Of a stretch of 64,000 bases of DNA, positions 20,402 to 30,472 are shown one piece after another. The DNA lies in assembly GCA_024276825.1 (NCBI GenBank), contig JAJRWI010000050.1:1-64000 (forward strand), written 5' to 3'. This DNA comes from an archaeon (GTDB lineage: Archaea; Asgardarchaeota; Thorarchaeia; Thorarchaeales; Thorarchaeaceae). The translations under genes were made by a program, and so were the position numbers. Every line of letters begins with the position of its first letter. Position 1 is the first letter of the stretch. The notes beneath the pieces are model-generated. The model did not search any database, was not told where the DNA came from, and worked only from the letters and a program-made list of their open reading frames with translations.

Positions 20402-22411
20402 GTGAAACCATCCAATGACCTTCTTAAGAAAGCACTAAACACAATCCGCTTTCTATCAGCTGATGCAATACAGAAAGCAAGATCTGGACACCCTGGCCTA
20501 CCAATGGGCGCAGCAGCAATGGCTTATGCACTCTGGATGCGTCACCTGCGGTTCAATCCTAAGAATCCTTCTTGGCCCAACCGAGACCGCTTCATTCTCT
20601 CTGGTGGTCATGGGTCTATGCTGCTATACTCACTACTATACCTAACGGGTTATGATCTGACTCTCGATGACATCGAGCAGTTCAGGCAATGGAACAGTCG
20701 CACACCTGGACACCCCGAATGTTGGAGGACCCCTGGTGTGGAGGTCACAACTGGTCCTTTGGGTCAGGGCTTTGGAAATGGGGTTGGCATGGCAATAGCT
20801 GAGGCAAATCTTGCAGCGACCTTCAATCGCGATGGCCATAATGTGATTGACCATTACACATATGTGCTGGCGTCAGACGGAGACCTGATGGAGGGTGTCG
20901 CATCCGAAGCGGCCTCTCTTGCTGGTCATCTCAGACTTGGCAAACTAATAGTTCTATATGATAACAATCAGATAAGCATAGATGGTAGTACAGACCTCAC
21001 ATTCACAGAGGATGTCGCTACCCGGTTCAGGGCCTACGGGTGGCATGTCATTGAAGACATTAATGGTCATGATGTTAATGCTGTTGACGATGCTATAAAC
21101 AAAGCAAAGTCTGAGCCACGACCATCGCTTCTTATGTGTCGCACAAGAATAGGTTATGGACTACCGACCAAAGAAGGTACTGCAAAGTCTCATGGCGAGC
21201 CCCCTGGTGAGGAGGAACTCTTGGGTGCGAAGGAAAAGCTTGGGTGGCCAAAGGAGCCCATGTTCTATGTTCCAGATGATGTTCTGGATCATTTTAGGAT
21301 GGCATTGGACAGGGGCGCAACACTGGAGTCTGAATGGAACGAGCGCTTCAACAGGTATCGCAAGGCGTTTCCTAAACTCTCCTCTGAACTGGAACGTCGA
21401 CTTGCTGGGCGTCTGTCTGATGACTGGGAATTGGACATTCCTGTGTTCGCATCAGACTCCAAAGGAATTGCTACCCGTGTTGCATCAGGTAAGACGATTA
21501 ATGCACTTGCAAATCGCCTGACTGAACTGATTGGCGGCTCTGCTGATCTTACCCCTTCCAATAAGACTTGGATTGAAGGTAGTCCCTCATTTCAGGCAGA
21601 CAGTCCTACAGGACGCAATATTCACTTTGGGATACGTGAACATGCTATGGGGACAATTGTGAATGGTATTGCAGCACATGGCGGATTCATCCCCTACTGT
21701 GCAACATTTCTTGTGTTTTCAGACTATATGCGACCTGCCATAAGAGTTTCAGCATTATCAAGACATCACTGCATATGGTTGTTCACTCATGACAGTATTG
21801 GGCTGGGCGAAGATGGTCCGACACATCAACCAATAGAGCAATTGATGAGTCTACGAACAATTCCCGAGCTCGTAGTTATTCGTCCTGGCGATGCGAATGA
21901 GGTTGCAGAGGCATGGCATGTGGCAATCAAGCGGAATGAAGGACCAACACTGATATCATTAACAAGGCAGAGTGTACCAATTATTGACAGAGAGCAATAT
22001 GCTCCCGCCAGTGGTCTGCAAAACGGGGCATATGTCCTTGCAGAATATGGATCATCTCCTGACCTGATTCTCATGGCTTCGGGCTCAGAGGTGCAGCTGA
22101 TTGTGGAGGCTGGAGATAAACTCGCTAAAGATGGCATTAATGTGCGCGTTATCTCATTTCCAAGTTGGGAACTATTTGAAATGCAAGATCCCAAATATAA
22201 AGAATCAGTCCTGCCCTCAAAAGTGACTGCCCGGCTGGCAGTTGAGGCTGGGGTCACACTTGGCTGGGAGCGCTGGGTCGGTGCAAAGGGTAAGATAATC
22301 GGCATTGATACATTTGGCGCCTCGGCTCCATACAAGATACTCTTCAAGAAGTTCGGCTTTACTGTTGACAACATTATAGAGCAGGCCAAGTCCTTGCTTA
22401 AGGAGTCCTAA
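20402..22411 (+). CDS. tkt: Transketolase (single-chain, bacterial type)
   Basis: [38 protein letters not shown]. Confidence 0.97.
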   Translation: MKPSNDLLKKALNTIRFLSADAIQKARSGHPGLPMGAAAMAYALWMRHLRFNPKNPSWPNRDRFILSGGHGSMLLYSLLYLTGYDLTLDDIEQFRQWNSRTPGHPECWRTPGVEVTTGPLGQGFGNGVGMAIAEANLAATFNRDGHNVIDHYTYVLASDGDLMEGVASEAASLAGHLRLGKLIVLYDNNQISIDGSTDLTFTEDVATRFRAYGWHVIEDINGHDVNAVDDAINKAKSEPRPSLLMCRTRIGYGLPTKEGTAKSHGEPPGEEELLGAKEKLGWPKEPMFYVPDDVLDHFRMALDRGATLESEWNERFNRYRKAFPKLSSELERRLAGRLSDDWELDIPVFASDSKGIATRVASGKTINALANRLTELIGGSADLTPSNKTWIEGSPSFQADSPTGRNIHFGIREHAMGTIVNGIAAHGGFIPYCATFLVFSDYMRPAIRVSALSRHHCIWLFTHDSIGLGEDGPTHQPIEQLMSLRTIPELVVIRPGDANEVAEAWHVAIKRNEGPTLISLTRQSVPIIDREQYAPASGLQNGAYVLAEYGSSPDLILMASGSEVQLIVEAGDKLAKDGINVRVISFPSWELFEMQDPKYKESVLPSKVTARLAVEAGVTLGWERWVGAKGKIIGIDTFGASAPYKILFKKFGFTVDNIIEQAKSLLKES

Positions 22412-22420
22412 AATATAATC

Positions 22421-22978
22421 TCAAGATGTTTCAGTCCTTGCTCTGATATCGATCTTGATATAACCCGCCCTTTGAAGGGTAAGTCGTACTCTCCCGTAGG
22501 TGATACTCCCATTCACCATGTCCCTCAGTTTATCAATCACTCTGTTTCGTGTGGGCTTGTCATATGGTATGGGAATCTCATCATTTTCCTTTGTATACAA
22601 CAGAAGGGCCTTCTCCCTTACTCTCACTATTGGCGGCGACACTATTATTCTACCAGGTTTAAATGCAGGAATCTTCTCTCGAAACGACCTGACAACTGCT
22701 GCCATCTTACGATGCTTTCCAATCTCAACACGAGCAGTCTTTATCACATCATTAAGATATTGGGGTCTTGGATCAAACTGTTTTACAAACTCATCCTTTA
22801 CCAGCTCAAAGGTCTTACTTGATGTGGGGATATGCTCCTTTAGAATGGCCTTGATTACAAAATTGGTGGCATTATGATATATTTCAAACTCCCTGCTGAT
22901 CCTCAACATCTTATCTCTGGTGAGGGGTACGCTCTGAAGTCTGATTATTTCCTCTGTAATTTCAGGCATCGGGAACAA
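22421..22978 (-). CDS. Hypothetical basic protein resembling the REC/WED half of TnpB/Cas12f, no RuvC
   Basis: Motif order YHNATN, PQYLNDVIKTAR, KIPAFK, EIPIPY, GRVRL..GYIKIDI then stop. Confidence 0.5.
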   Translation of the reverse strand: MFPMPEITEEIIRLQSVPLTRDKMLRISREFEIYHNATNFVIKAILKEHIPTSSKTFELVKDEFVKQFDPRPQYLNDVIKTARVEIGKHRKMAAVVRSFREKIPAFKPGRIIVSPPIVRVREKALLLYTKENDEIPIPYDKPTRNRVIDKLRDMVNGSITYGRVRLTLQRAGYIKIDIRARTETS

Positions 22979-23019
22979 CCTGTTATTGGCAAGACACTTG
23001 CCTTAATCAGTCTAACTTA

Positions 23020-24048
23020 TCATATACGTTGGACAATAAACTGTGTTTCACTTATTCCCCTCTTCACAGACTTGGGTGGGAACTCAAAAGATGCCAAGGG
23101 AAACATTATTTCATCGAAGTACTCTCTTTCATGATCTCTCGCCAGTGATATTAGGGTGTTCTCATCTGACACCTTATGACCCGCAATCTCCAATAGGACC
23201 TTGGCAATTAGACTAATAGCCTCACACATCTCAAGAATTGCCAGTTCGTACTCTCCATTCAGAGTGAGTCGATATGACCCGTAGTACTGCCTCTGGGCTT
23301 CTGCAATGTTTGCGACAACTCTACTCTCAATAGATGTTGATGAGTTCTCATATGTTGTGACTGCCTTTTGCATCCAAGGCTTGATTCTGCTAAGGGCATC
23401 AAGTAACTCGTTCTCATTCATTGTTTTCAATTTGAAGGTCCTGAGAAACAACTGGTAAGTGATGGGGTCAAGCATTCGAATCTCACTTAGAATCTCAGAT
23501 GGTTTGACGATGGTGAATATGTTATTTCTCATCAAGATGACCCGACTCACCTCAAATAATGAGCGTCTCAACTCATAAACTGCATTGGCAAGGTCTTCAC
23601 TGTCCATATATTTGGAGGCTCTCTCAAGGTGCCCCATTGCCCTCTGCTTGATTGTATCTATTGCATCATCCTTCCAGACAAAGATTCTTGCATGTCCTTG
23701 CCATTTTTTTATCAATCCGTCTGGGTCCAGGACTATTCTTGCATCACGAAGCATTCCAATGATGCTTGCTGTCTTAAGGACATCACTCATCTCGCCTGCT
23801 AGAGTCTTCTCAAACTCATCAATAGTGCGATAGGACAGATCTATTCGTACACCTTTTTTCTCTGCAAGAAGCTCTACGGGGGCCTCATTTCCATCCCAGG
23901 CAACACAAATGTCAAGATCAGAGTCTGGTGTTGTGGTTCCCTTCACATAAGAACCAAAAGTGAATACCCCTTTGATTGATCTCTGGGACTTCATCTCGTC
24001 CACAATTTCGTGTAATGCTGTGTCGAATCGCCGATATAGATCCATCAT
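23020..24048 (-). CDS. Nucleotidyltransferase (MNT) domain protein with helical C-terminal region
   Basis: FGSYVKG..DSDLDI Pol-beta superfamily motif. Confidence 0.8.
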   Translation of the reverse strand: MMDLYRRFDTALHEIVDEMKSQRSIKGVFTFGSYVKGTTTPDSDLDICVAWDGNEAPVELLAEKKGVRIDLSYRTIDEFEKTLAGEMSDVLKTASIIGMLRDARIVLDPDGLIKKWQGHARIFVWKDDAIDTIKQRAMGHLERASKYMDSEDLANAVYELRRSLFEVSRVILMRNNIFTIVKPSEILSEIRMLDPITYQLFLRTFKLKTMNENELLDALSRIKPWMQKAVTTYENSSTSIESRVVANIAEAQRQYYGSYRLTLNGEYELAILEMCEAISLIAKVLLEIAGHKVSDENTLISLARDHEREYFDEIMFPLASFEFPPKSVKRGISETQFIVQRI

Positions 24049-24228
24049 CCTGAACCCACCTCATCTCGAGAATCTATTCTCACATTAATTCGTTCTGGCA
24101 CTCAATAAAATTATCTATTATGAAGGTTGGATTGCTAATTTCACAATAAAATGCAGTTATATCATTCGACTAACAAGTTCCGAACGAGATTAATAGGAGA
24201 ATTACAGCATTAATTACGAGTTGATACT

Positions 24229-24933
24229 GTGGCACGTATAGATGGGCGGGCTAATGATGAGATTCGACCCGTTATAATCAAGAGAAACTATCTGAAGCAT
24301 CCTGAGGGATCGGTTCTGATCTGCACTGGTGACACGCGAGTAATCTGTACTGCTACTGTGGAAGAATCCGTCCCAAGCTGGCTCAACGGTTCCGAACAAG
24401 GATGGGTGACAGCAGAATACGGCATGCTTCCAAGGGCAACCAATACGAGAACAAGCCGAAACCGGGTGACTGGACGGTCGCAAGAGATCCAAAGGTTGAT
24501 TGGCCGCTCATTGCGGCAGGCAGTCGATCTCTCTATGCTTACAGACATTCAGATCAAGATTGACTGTGATGTGATTCAAGCAGATGGAGGCACAAGAACT
24601 GCATCAATTACTGGTGCTTATATCGCATTAGTTGATGCAATCGACTACTTGCTTGAACAAGGAATAATTGTAGACTCGCCAATTCTTGGTAATGTTGCTG
24701 CAATCAGTGTGGGTATTGTACACGGCGAAGTGTTGCTTGACCTGTCATATGTTGAAGACTCTGTAGCACAAGTGGACATGAACATTGTGATGCGTGATAA
24801 CACCTTTGTTGAAGTGCAGGGGACTGGTGAAGAGTCCACATTCACAAAGGCTGATCTGGATGAGATGCTCCGCCTTGCAGAAAAAGGCATTAGTGAACTA
24901 ATCGAGGTTCAAAATCAAGCTCTAACTGATTGA
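24229..24933 (+). CDS. rph: Ribonuclease PH (bacterial type)
   Basis: [50 protein letters not shown]. Confidence 0.93.
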   Translation: MARIDGRANDEIRPVIIKRNYLKHPEGSVLICTGDTRVICTATVEESVPSWLNGSEQGWVTAEYGMLPRATNTRTSRNRVTGRSQEIQRLIGRSLRQAVDLSMLTDIQIKIDCDVIQADGGTRTASITGAYIALVDAIDYLLEQGIIVDSPILGNVAAISVGIVHGEVLLDLSYVEDSVAQVDMNIVMRDNTFVEVQGTGEESTFTKADLDEMLRLAEKGISELIEVQNQALTD

Positions 24934-25036
24934 TCCAATTGTCATAGTGGTTTACTTGTGATGGATGTTTTCAAGATTGATTTAGGTGATTTAGAAAGAG
25001 TAATGTGCTGCAGAGTTAATAATACTATGAAATAAT

Positions 25037-26038
25037 ATGTCTGTTGCTGCATTCTCACCCTCGACCCCCGGAACACCCGCATACGATGCCATTATCAACT
25101 CGGCCCGCAGTTATCTACGAAGACGCGATTTTCTCACTTATTCAACTCCACTTGTCCCTGAGCAGGTCGGCTCTGAAACATGGTCTGTGTCATGGGGCTA
25201 CATTCGCCACTTTGACGATATGATAGACTCCCCCAAGATCACAAAAGAACAGGCAATTGACTTGATGGAACAAGAACGCGAGATTGTTGAAGTAGGTCTT
25301 GCAGGAAACCTGAAACTCCCCCGAAATGCCCCACTTCGCCATCACTGGCTAGCTCAGTTCTTTTACAATGAGAGAAAATTCTATTCCGGACGCGCGTTGC
25401 AGGTCATAAAGGACCTATATGAGAGTGCATGGGGTGATGTTCAAAGAAGAGGACAAGTATTGACGGAGAAAGAGATGAGTGTCCTGTTATATAAGAAAGC
25501 AAGAAGTTTCTTCAAACTCTATTTCATACTTGCAGATTTTGATCTCCAAGGCCATCTCGATGACTTCTCATATCTGTTAGGCATGGGGCTTGGAATGCTT
25601 GATGACATTCTGGACTTGGCAATTGACTATAATGCAGGCTATGTCAACATCACACAGGAAGAGATGAGAAACCTTGGTATCGAGCTTCAACCAGGTGATG
25701 AGGGCTTTCTCGAACATGTCATCAAGAGGGGGTATCTGACATACAAAGCAAAGAAGATAATGTCATTGCTGATCAAAGCACGGGCACTTGCTCGACGTAT
25801 CCGTGTTCCTCTAGTCAAGACCTTTCTCTTGCGTCTGACCGAGATATTCGCATCTCCCATCATTGAAGGGAGGTTTATTCCTGGCCAACAGTATATCTTC
25901 AAGGGCGGCCGACTTGCCGATAAGATATTGCCGAAGAATGAGGCACTGGCCTATCGAATTGGTCACACCCTAATCAAGTACTTCTTGAAATATCCGCAGG
26001 TCCCATCTGTATTGTTCAAGAGGGAATATGAGGAGTGA
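25037..26038 (+). CDS. Class I isoprenoid synthase-like (squalene/phytoene synthase fold) protein
   Basis: Two aspartate-rich motifs RHFDDMID and LDDILDLAID, all-helical. Confidence 0.65.
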   Translation: MSVAAFSPSTPGTPAYDAIINSARSYLRRRDFLTYSTPLVPEQVGSETWSVSWGYIRHFDDMIDSPKITKEQAIDLMEQEREIVEVGLAGNLKLPRNAPLRHHWLAQFFYNERKFYSGRALQVIKDLYESAWGDVQRRGQVLTEKEMSVLLYKKARSFFKLYFILADFDLQGHLDDFSYLLGMGLGMLDDILDLAIDYNAGYVNITQEEMRNLGIELQPGDEGFLEHVIKRGYLTYKAKKIMSLLIKARALARRIRVPLVKTFLLRLTEIFASPIIEGRFIPGQQYIFKGGRLADKILPKNEALAYRIGHTLIKYFLKYPQVPSVLFKREYEE

Positions 26039-26127
26039 AACGCTCAATATTTCGCATGTTGTTTGGACGAATGCCTTATATGTCACTCATTTGAGAGTAG
26101 CATATCCAATATTGGAGACCTTCAAAG

Positions 26128-26670
26128 ATGATTGATGCAAGAAAAGTGGCATTGTTAGCGATAATGACAGCTCTCACTGCTGTGGCAACCCTTGTATTTA
26201 TTGTCCCCTTTCCGTCTACCCAAGGCTACTTTAATCTTGGTGACGCTCTTGTGATGCTCAGCGGCCTGCTATTGGGTCCAGTGGGTGGCTTTATTGCTGG
26301 TGGTGGTGGATCGGCAATTGCAGACCTTATGGTTGCACCAATATTTGCCCCAATCACTCTTGTGGCCAAGGGGTGTGAGGGCCTACTTGTAGGATTGCTC
26401 ACGCGTCGCGTCAGACAGAACGCAAAGGTGACCCTATGGGACTTGCTGGGAGTGGTTCTCGGTTCGGTGGCCATGCTGCTTGGTTACTTACTTGGCGAGA
26501 TGTTTGTTCTCCAACTGCCCTTTGAGGTGGCCCTTGGCGAATTAATCACCATTAACTCAATCCAAGTCATTGTGGGATCAATAATCACCATACTGGTGGG
26601 TCCCATGCTAAGGGGCATTCTGAAAGACACTATGGCTGGCTCGACCGAAGAAGACCTTACGGTTTTTTAA
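26128..26670 (+). CDS. ECF transporter S component
   Basis: GYFNLGD, GSAIADL, APITLVAKGCEG; about 6 TM. Confidence 0.85.
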   Translation: MIDARKVALLAIMTALTAVATLVFIVPFPSTQGYFNLGDALVMLSGLLLGPVGGFIAGGGGSAIADLMVAPIFAPITLVAKGCEGLLVGLLTRRVRQNAKVTLWDLLGVVLGSVAMLLGYLLGEMFVLQLPFEVALGELITINSIQVIVGSIITILVGPMLRGILKDTMAGSTEEDLTVF

Positions 26671-26736
26671 AGAGAAAACACATCCAACATCATAATTCAA
26701 ACATGTGAATCTGACATTCAACTGGATGGTCTCGAA

Positions 26737-28017
26737 ATGGTGGATAGAGATAGGCTCAGAATAGATGTTGAACGAGTTGAAGAGATTAATAATTTCCTTC
26801 TGGATGAAAACAACCCCCTCATCAACGATATCCTTGGACTCATTGACAAATATGGTGGAGTAGATGAGATCAACAGGAAGGCCAATGAAGCCCGTGATCT
26901 CTCCAGTCTTATCAGCAGGCTTGAAAAGGTCAACTCGCCATATATCAAGGACATAGAGTGGCTTCAGACCCAGAAGGACAATGATGCATTCATATCAATA
27001 CCCGACTATCGTAGAAAGATCCTTGGTGAGAAGGCAGACTCTATGACATTTGATGATAGTTTTGCCGTCACACTGGAGATTAGTGCATGTCAGTATTTCC
27101 CATGGGTAATCATTGAGGCCAAACAGGCGATAGAGAATGGTGAGTTGATGCCTGGTCGATTCATCAGGGTACGAAAGATGAAGGAACAGAAAGAGGACAA
27201 CGACTTGCTGGCCTTTGCAGCAGCAATGCAAATAATCGGGTCTTCCTATGTTGAAACACTTGACACTAAAGGCACCATGCTTGGTCCCGATGGGGCACCC
27301 GTAAATGTGCATCTTGGAGGCCCTGAAACAATAACTGGCTACTTTGGTGGTGTGGGGCAGCCAAACAATCTCGCTTTGATGTGGGCTGATGAGTATCTCT
27401 ATTATTACACGAACTATGGTGTAAGACAGGTCTTGAACATAAACCCTGGCACTGTATTGATTGGGTATATGATGCACAAACTGGGGATTGACATGGAGTT
27501 CAAGATCTCAGTCTTCATGGGCAATGACAACCCATATTCTGCCCTATGGACCCTCATGACCGCAAAACTGTTCTCCAGAACTGATGGTACTTCTCCCCTA
27601 ATTGGTTTCAATCTGTCCAACAGCGTTGACAACAAGACCATTGAAATGTCTGCATATATCAGGGGCTCTTTTGGATTCGAGGACGTTGTCAGAATTGAGC
27701 ATCACATCACAGAAACCTACAAGAGCATTGTACGTCAGCCATATGACAGACTAAATGAACTGCTTGAGATTGCTGATCATGTGAAGAACATCAGTGCTAA
27801 GCATGAGGGGGGTCCTCCTGAAGTGGACTCCAAACGAGAGCACCCCAGTGACATTCTCGACTACTTCCTGCCCAAGAAAGACATAATCGAGAAGGGCTGG
27901 ATGGACTTTATGACTCAGAACTACATGGACAAGCATCTCTCAGTCAATAGGACTGCAAGGGCGCTTACTGAACGAGGACTTACTTTTCTTGCAGCACCAA
28001 ACCTGCATAGAAAGTAA
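26737..28017 (+). CDS. Conserved hypothetical soluble enzyme-like protein
   Basis: 426 aa clean ORF with motif-like blocks (LEISACQYFPW, HLGGPETITGYFGGVG, EHHITE, KHEGG). Confidence 0.75.
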   Translation: MVDRDRLRIDVERVEEINNFLLDENNPLINDILGLIDKYGGVDEINRKANEARDLSSLISRLEKVNSPYIKDIEWLQTQKDNDAFISIPDYRRKILGEKADSMTFDDSFAVTLEISACQYFPWVIIEAKQAIENGELMPGRFIRVRKMKEQKEDNDLLAFAAAMQIIGSSYVETLDTKGTMLGPDGAPVNVHLGGPETITGYFGGVGQPNNLALMWADEYLYYYTNYGVRQVLNINPGTVLIGYMMHKLGIDMEFKISVFMGNDNPYSALWTLMTAKLFSRTDGTSPLIGFNLSNSVDNKTIEMSAYIRGSFGFEDVVRIEHHITETYKSIVRQPYDRLNELLEIADHVKNISAKHEGGPPEVDSKREHPSDILDYFLPKKDIIEKGWMDFMTQNYMDKHLSVNRTARALTERGLTFLAAPNLHRK

Positions 28018-28022
28018 AGAAA

Positions 28023-28041
28023 TAGGGCGGAAAACGCCCTA
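28023..28041. terminator. Hairpin between convergent genes
   Basis: TAGGGCG-GAAAA-CGCCCTA. Confidence 0.55.
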
Positions 28042-28053
28042 CTCTGCCTTAAT

Positions 28054-28557
28054 CTACATCCATGGTGAAATATGTTCATCATATATAGACTCTAAGAGTT
28101 CCTTGTGTTTCTGCTCCTCCTTTGCTAGCGTTTCAAACACAGCGCGATGGGAGTCTAGCTTGGTCAGTCCTGCTAGGGTCATGTAGAACTTGTACGCAAC
28201 TTCCTCCCGTTTGATTGCAACAATCAGAATATCCTGAGAGGTTGATGATGGCTTTAATGGTATATCAACAAGATATTGGCTCAGGTCAAGACGTTCCAAC
28301 TCTTCAACTGAATTACACTCGAAAGTTTTACATACACCCGAATTAAGGGCCCTCTGCAACTTTTCCTTGTGTTTCATTTCCTGTGCTGCTAGTTCCTCAA
28401 GCAACTGGATGGAGGACTGATGTTCTGCATGCTTTGCAGCAGTCATGTAAAAGTCATAGGCCTCCTCCTCCTTCTGGATTGCAAGAGAGATCAACTCTTC
28501 AAATGACTCTTGTATAGACTTCAACTCATTCACCAAGATAGCAGGTAAAATGTTCAA
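28054..28557 (-). CDS. Ferritin-like/rubrerythrin family protein
   Basis: Duplicated AIxxE..FY..LAxxExxH di-iron motifs. Confidence 0.88.
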   Translation of the reverse strand: MNILPAILVNELKSIQESFEELISLAIQKEEEAYDFYMTAAKHAEHQSSIQLLEELAAQEMKHKEKLQRALNSGVCKTFECNSVEELERLDLSQYLVDIPLKPSSTSQDILIVAIKREEVAYKFYMTLAGLTKLDSHRAVFETLAKEEQKHKELLESIYDEHISPWM

Positions 28558-28624
28558 ATAATATGTCTTGCTCTAGTCTTCAATCTTGACGATCTCCCGC
28601 CAATCGAAAAAGTATTGAGATTAT

Positions 28625-29083
28625 TTGAGCAATGTTAGAATAGAGGTGATGAATTTGCGATTATGGAGTGATGACTTTCGCGAGGGAGAGTCAATCCCTG
28701 ATAAGTGTGCCTACAGAAAACAGAATATGAGTCCGCATTTGGCCTGGGATGATGTGCCAGAGGGGACAGAGAGCTTTGCACTCATCTGCAATGACCCCGA
28801 TGCACCAGTTGGTGATTGGATTCACTGGTTAGTCCATGCCATTCCCACTGAAACTCGTGAGTTGAAGTCTGGTGAACCCCCCCCAGGAATCCAAGTGAAG
28901 AACGATTTTGGTGAAACCAAGTGGGGTGGACCTGCGCCACCATCTGGGACCCATAGATACTTCTTTACTCTCTATGCATTAAACGTACCACGCCTTGATG
29001 GGGCTACAAAGTCCAACTTTCGGGAACTCTGTGAGAAGCACAAGATCGCTTCTGCACAGACCATGGGAACTTATAGCAGGTAG
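28625..29083 (+). CDS. YbhB/YbcL (PEBP) family protein
   Basis: DPDAP, WIHW, GPAPPSGTHRY. Confidence 0.9.
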   Translation: MSNVRIEVMNLRLWSDDFREGESIPDKCAYRKQNMSPHLAWDDVPEGTESFALICNDPDAPVGDWIHWLVHAIPTETRELKSGEPPPGIQVKNDFGETKWGGPAPPSGTHRYFFTLYALNVPRLDGATKSNFRELCEKHKIASAQTMGTYSR

Positions 29084-29114
29084 GCCATAGCCGGATCCGA
29101 ACTTTACTGTTTTA

Positions 29115-30413
29115 TCATTTAATCTTCCGAGGAACAATCTCACGCATGTCCTTTGGGAGATACTTGTGCAATGCCTTTGGTATCTCTATGCTGCCATCCT
29201 CACGCTGGTAGTTCTCCATGATTGCCACCATTGTCCTTGGGTTGGCCATCATTGTACTGTTCAATGTGTGGATATAGGCCTTCTCGGTGCCTCCCTTCTT
29301 TATTCGATATTTAATATTCAGTCTAGTGGCCTGATAAGATGTGCAATTGCTGCAAGAGCCTGCCTCTCGATACTTGCCTTGGCCTGGCATCCAGACTTCT
29401 AGGTCATATTTCTTAGCAGCGACGGTCCCAATATCTCCAGTACAGACATTGACTATCCGATACGGGAGTTCCAGTTCTCTTATGAAGTCCTCCTCATTCT
29501 TGATGAGCTCCTCATGAATCTTCCATGACTCCTCGGGAAGACTAAACACAAACTGTTCCACCTTGTTGAATTGGTGTACCCTGAAGATCCCCTTAGTGTC
29601 TTTACCATGACTGCCAGCTTCTTTTCTGAAGCACGCACTCACCCCTGCCATCTTAATGGGGAGGTCAGTTGGCTCGAAGGTTTCACCCATATACATAGCA
29701 GCCATTGGATGTTCTGAAGTCGCAATTAGATAGAGGTCTTGTCCCTCAATCTTATACATAACATCCTCAAAGTCTGCAAGATCGGTGACCCCCTCATATG
29801 GTGTTCTTCGCATCATGAATGGAGGATATATGGGCGTATAACCACGTTGCATCAGCATCTCAAGAGCCATCTGTTGCATTGCAAGGTCTAAAATCACGAG
29901 TTCGTTCTTCAGATAATAGAAGCGCGAACCAGCTATCTTTGCAGCACTGGCTATATCAGCAACATCAAGGGTTTCAAGTAGATCCACATGACTCTGAATC
30001 TGAAAATCGAATGTTGGACGGCCTCCCCACTCTCGAACGACCTCATTGTCCTCCTCACCCTCTCCATAAGGTACTGACTCGTGGAGTATGTTTGGGATGC
30101 TCATCTGTAGACTTCGAAGTTCTGACTCGAGTTGTGCGGCACGTGTTTCAGTCTCTTTAATCTTCCTGTTTACTTCGTTTACTTGTCTGACAAGGGTCGA
30201 GTCATCTCCGCCCTCCCTCTTCACCTTGCCAATCTCCCTAGACAATCGGTTGCGTTGGGTCCTGAGATCCTGTATCTCTCGTTTCAGTGCTCTCAACTCA
30301 TCATCAAGTATGAGTAGCCGCTCAAACATCTCCAGTTTGACCTCATCCTTTCTCTTCCTCAAGTTCTGACGTATCAGGTCAGGGTTCTCACGAATGAAAC
30401 GCATATCTAACAT
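29115..30413 (-). CDS. serS: Serine--tRNA ligase
   Basis: N-terminal coiled coil, LIATSEHP, FRKEAG, FRVHQFNKVEQF, HTLNST. Confidence 0.97.
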   Translation of the reverse strand: MLDMRFIRENPDLIRQNLRKRKDEVKLEMFERLLILDDELRALKREIQDLRTQRNRLSREIGKVKREGGDDSTLVRQVNEVNRKIKETETRAAQLESELRSLQMSIPNILHESVPYGEGEEDNEVVREWGGRPTFDFQIQSHVDLLETLDVADIASAAKIAGSRFYYLKNELVILDLAMQQMALEMLMQRGYTPIYPPFMMRRTPYEGVTDLADFEDVMYKIEGQDLYLIATSEHPMAAMYMGETFEPTDLPIKMAGVSACFRKEAGSHGKDTKGIFRVHQFNKVEQFVFSLPEESWKIHEELIKNEEDFIRELELPYRIVNVCTGDIGTVAAKKYDLEVWMPGQGKYREAGSCSNCTSYQATRLNIKYRIKKGGTEKAYIHTLNSTMMANPRTMVAIMENYQREDGSIEIPKALHKYLPKDMREIVPRKIK

Positions 30414-30472
30414 TTAATCACATCCTAGGGAGATATTACACCCTGTTCCTAGAACTCCACATAAGTTAAGCC

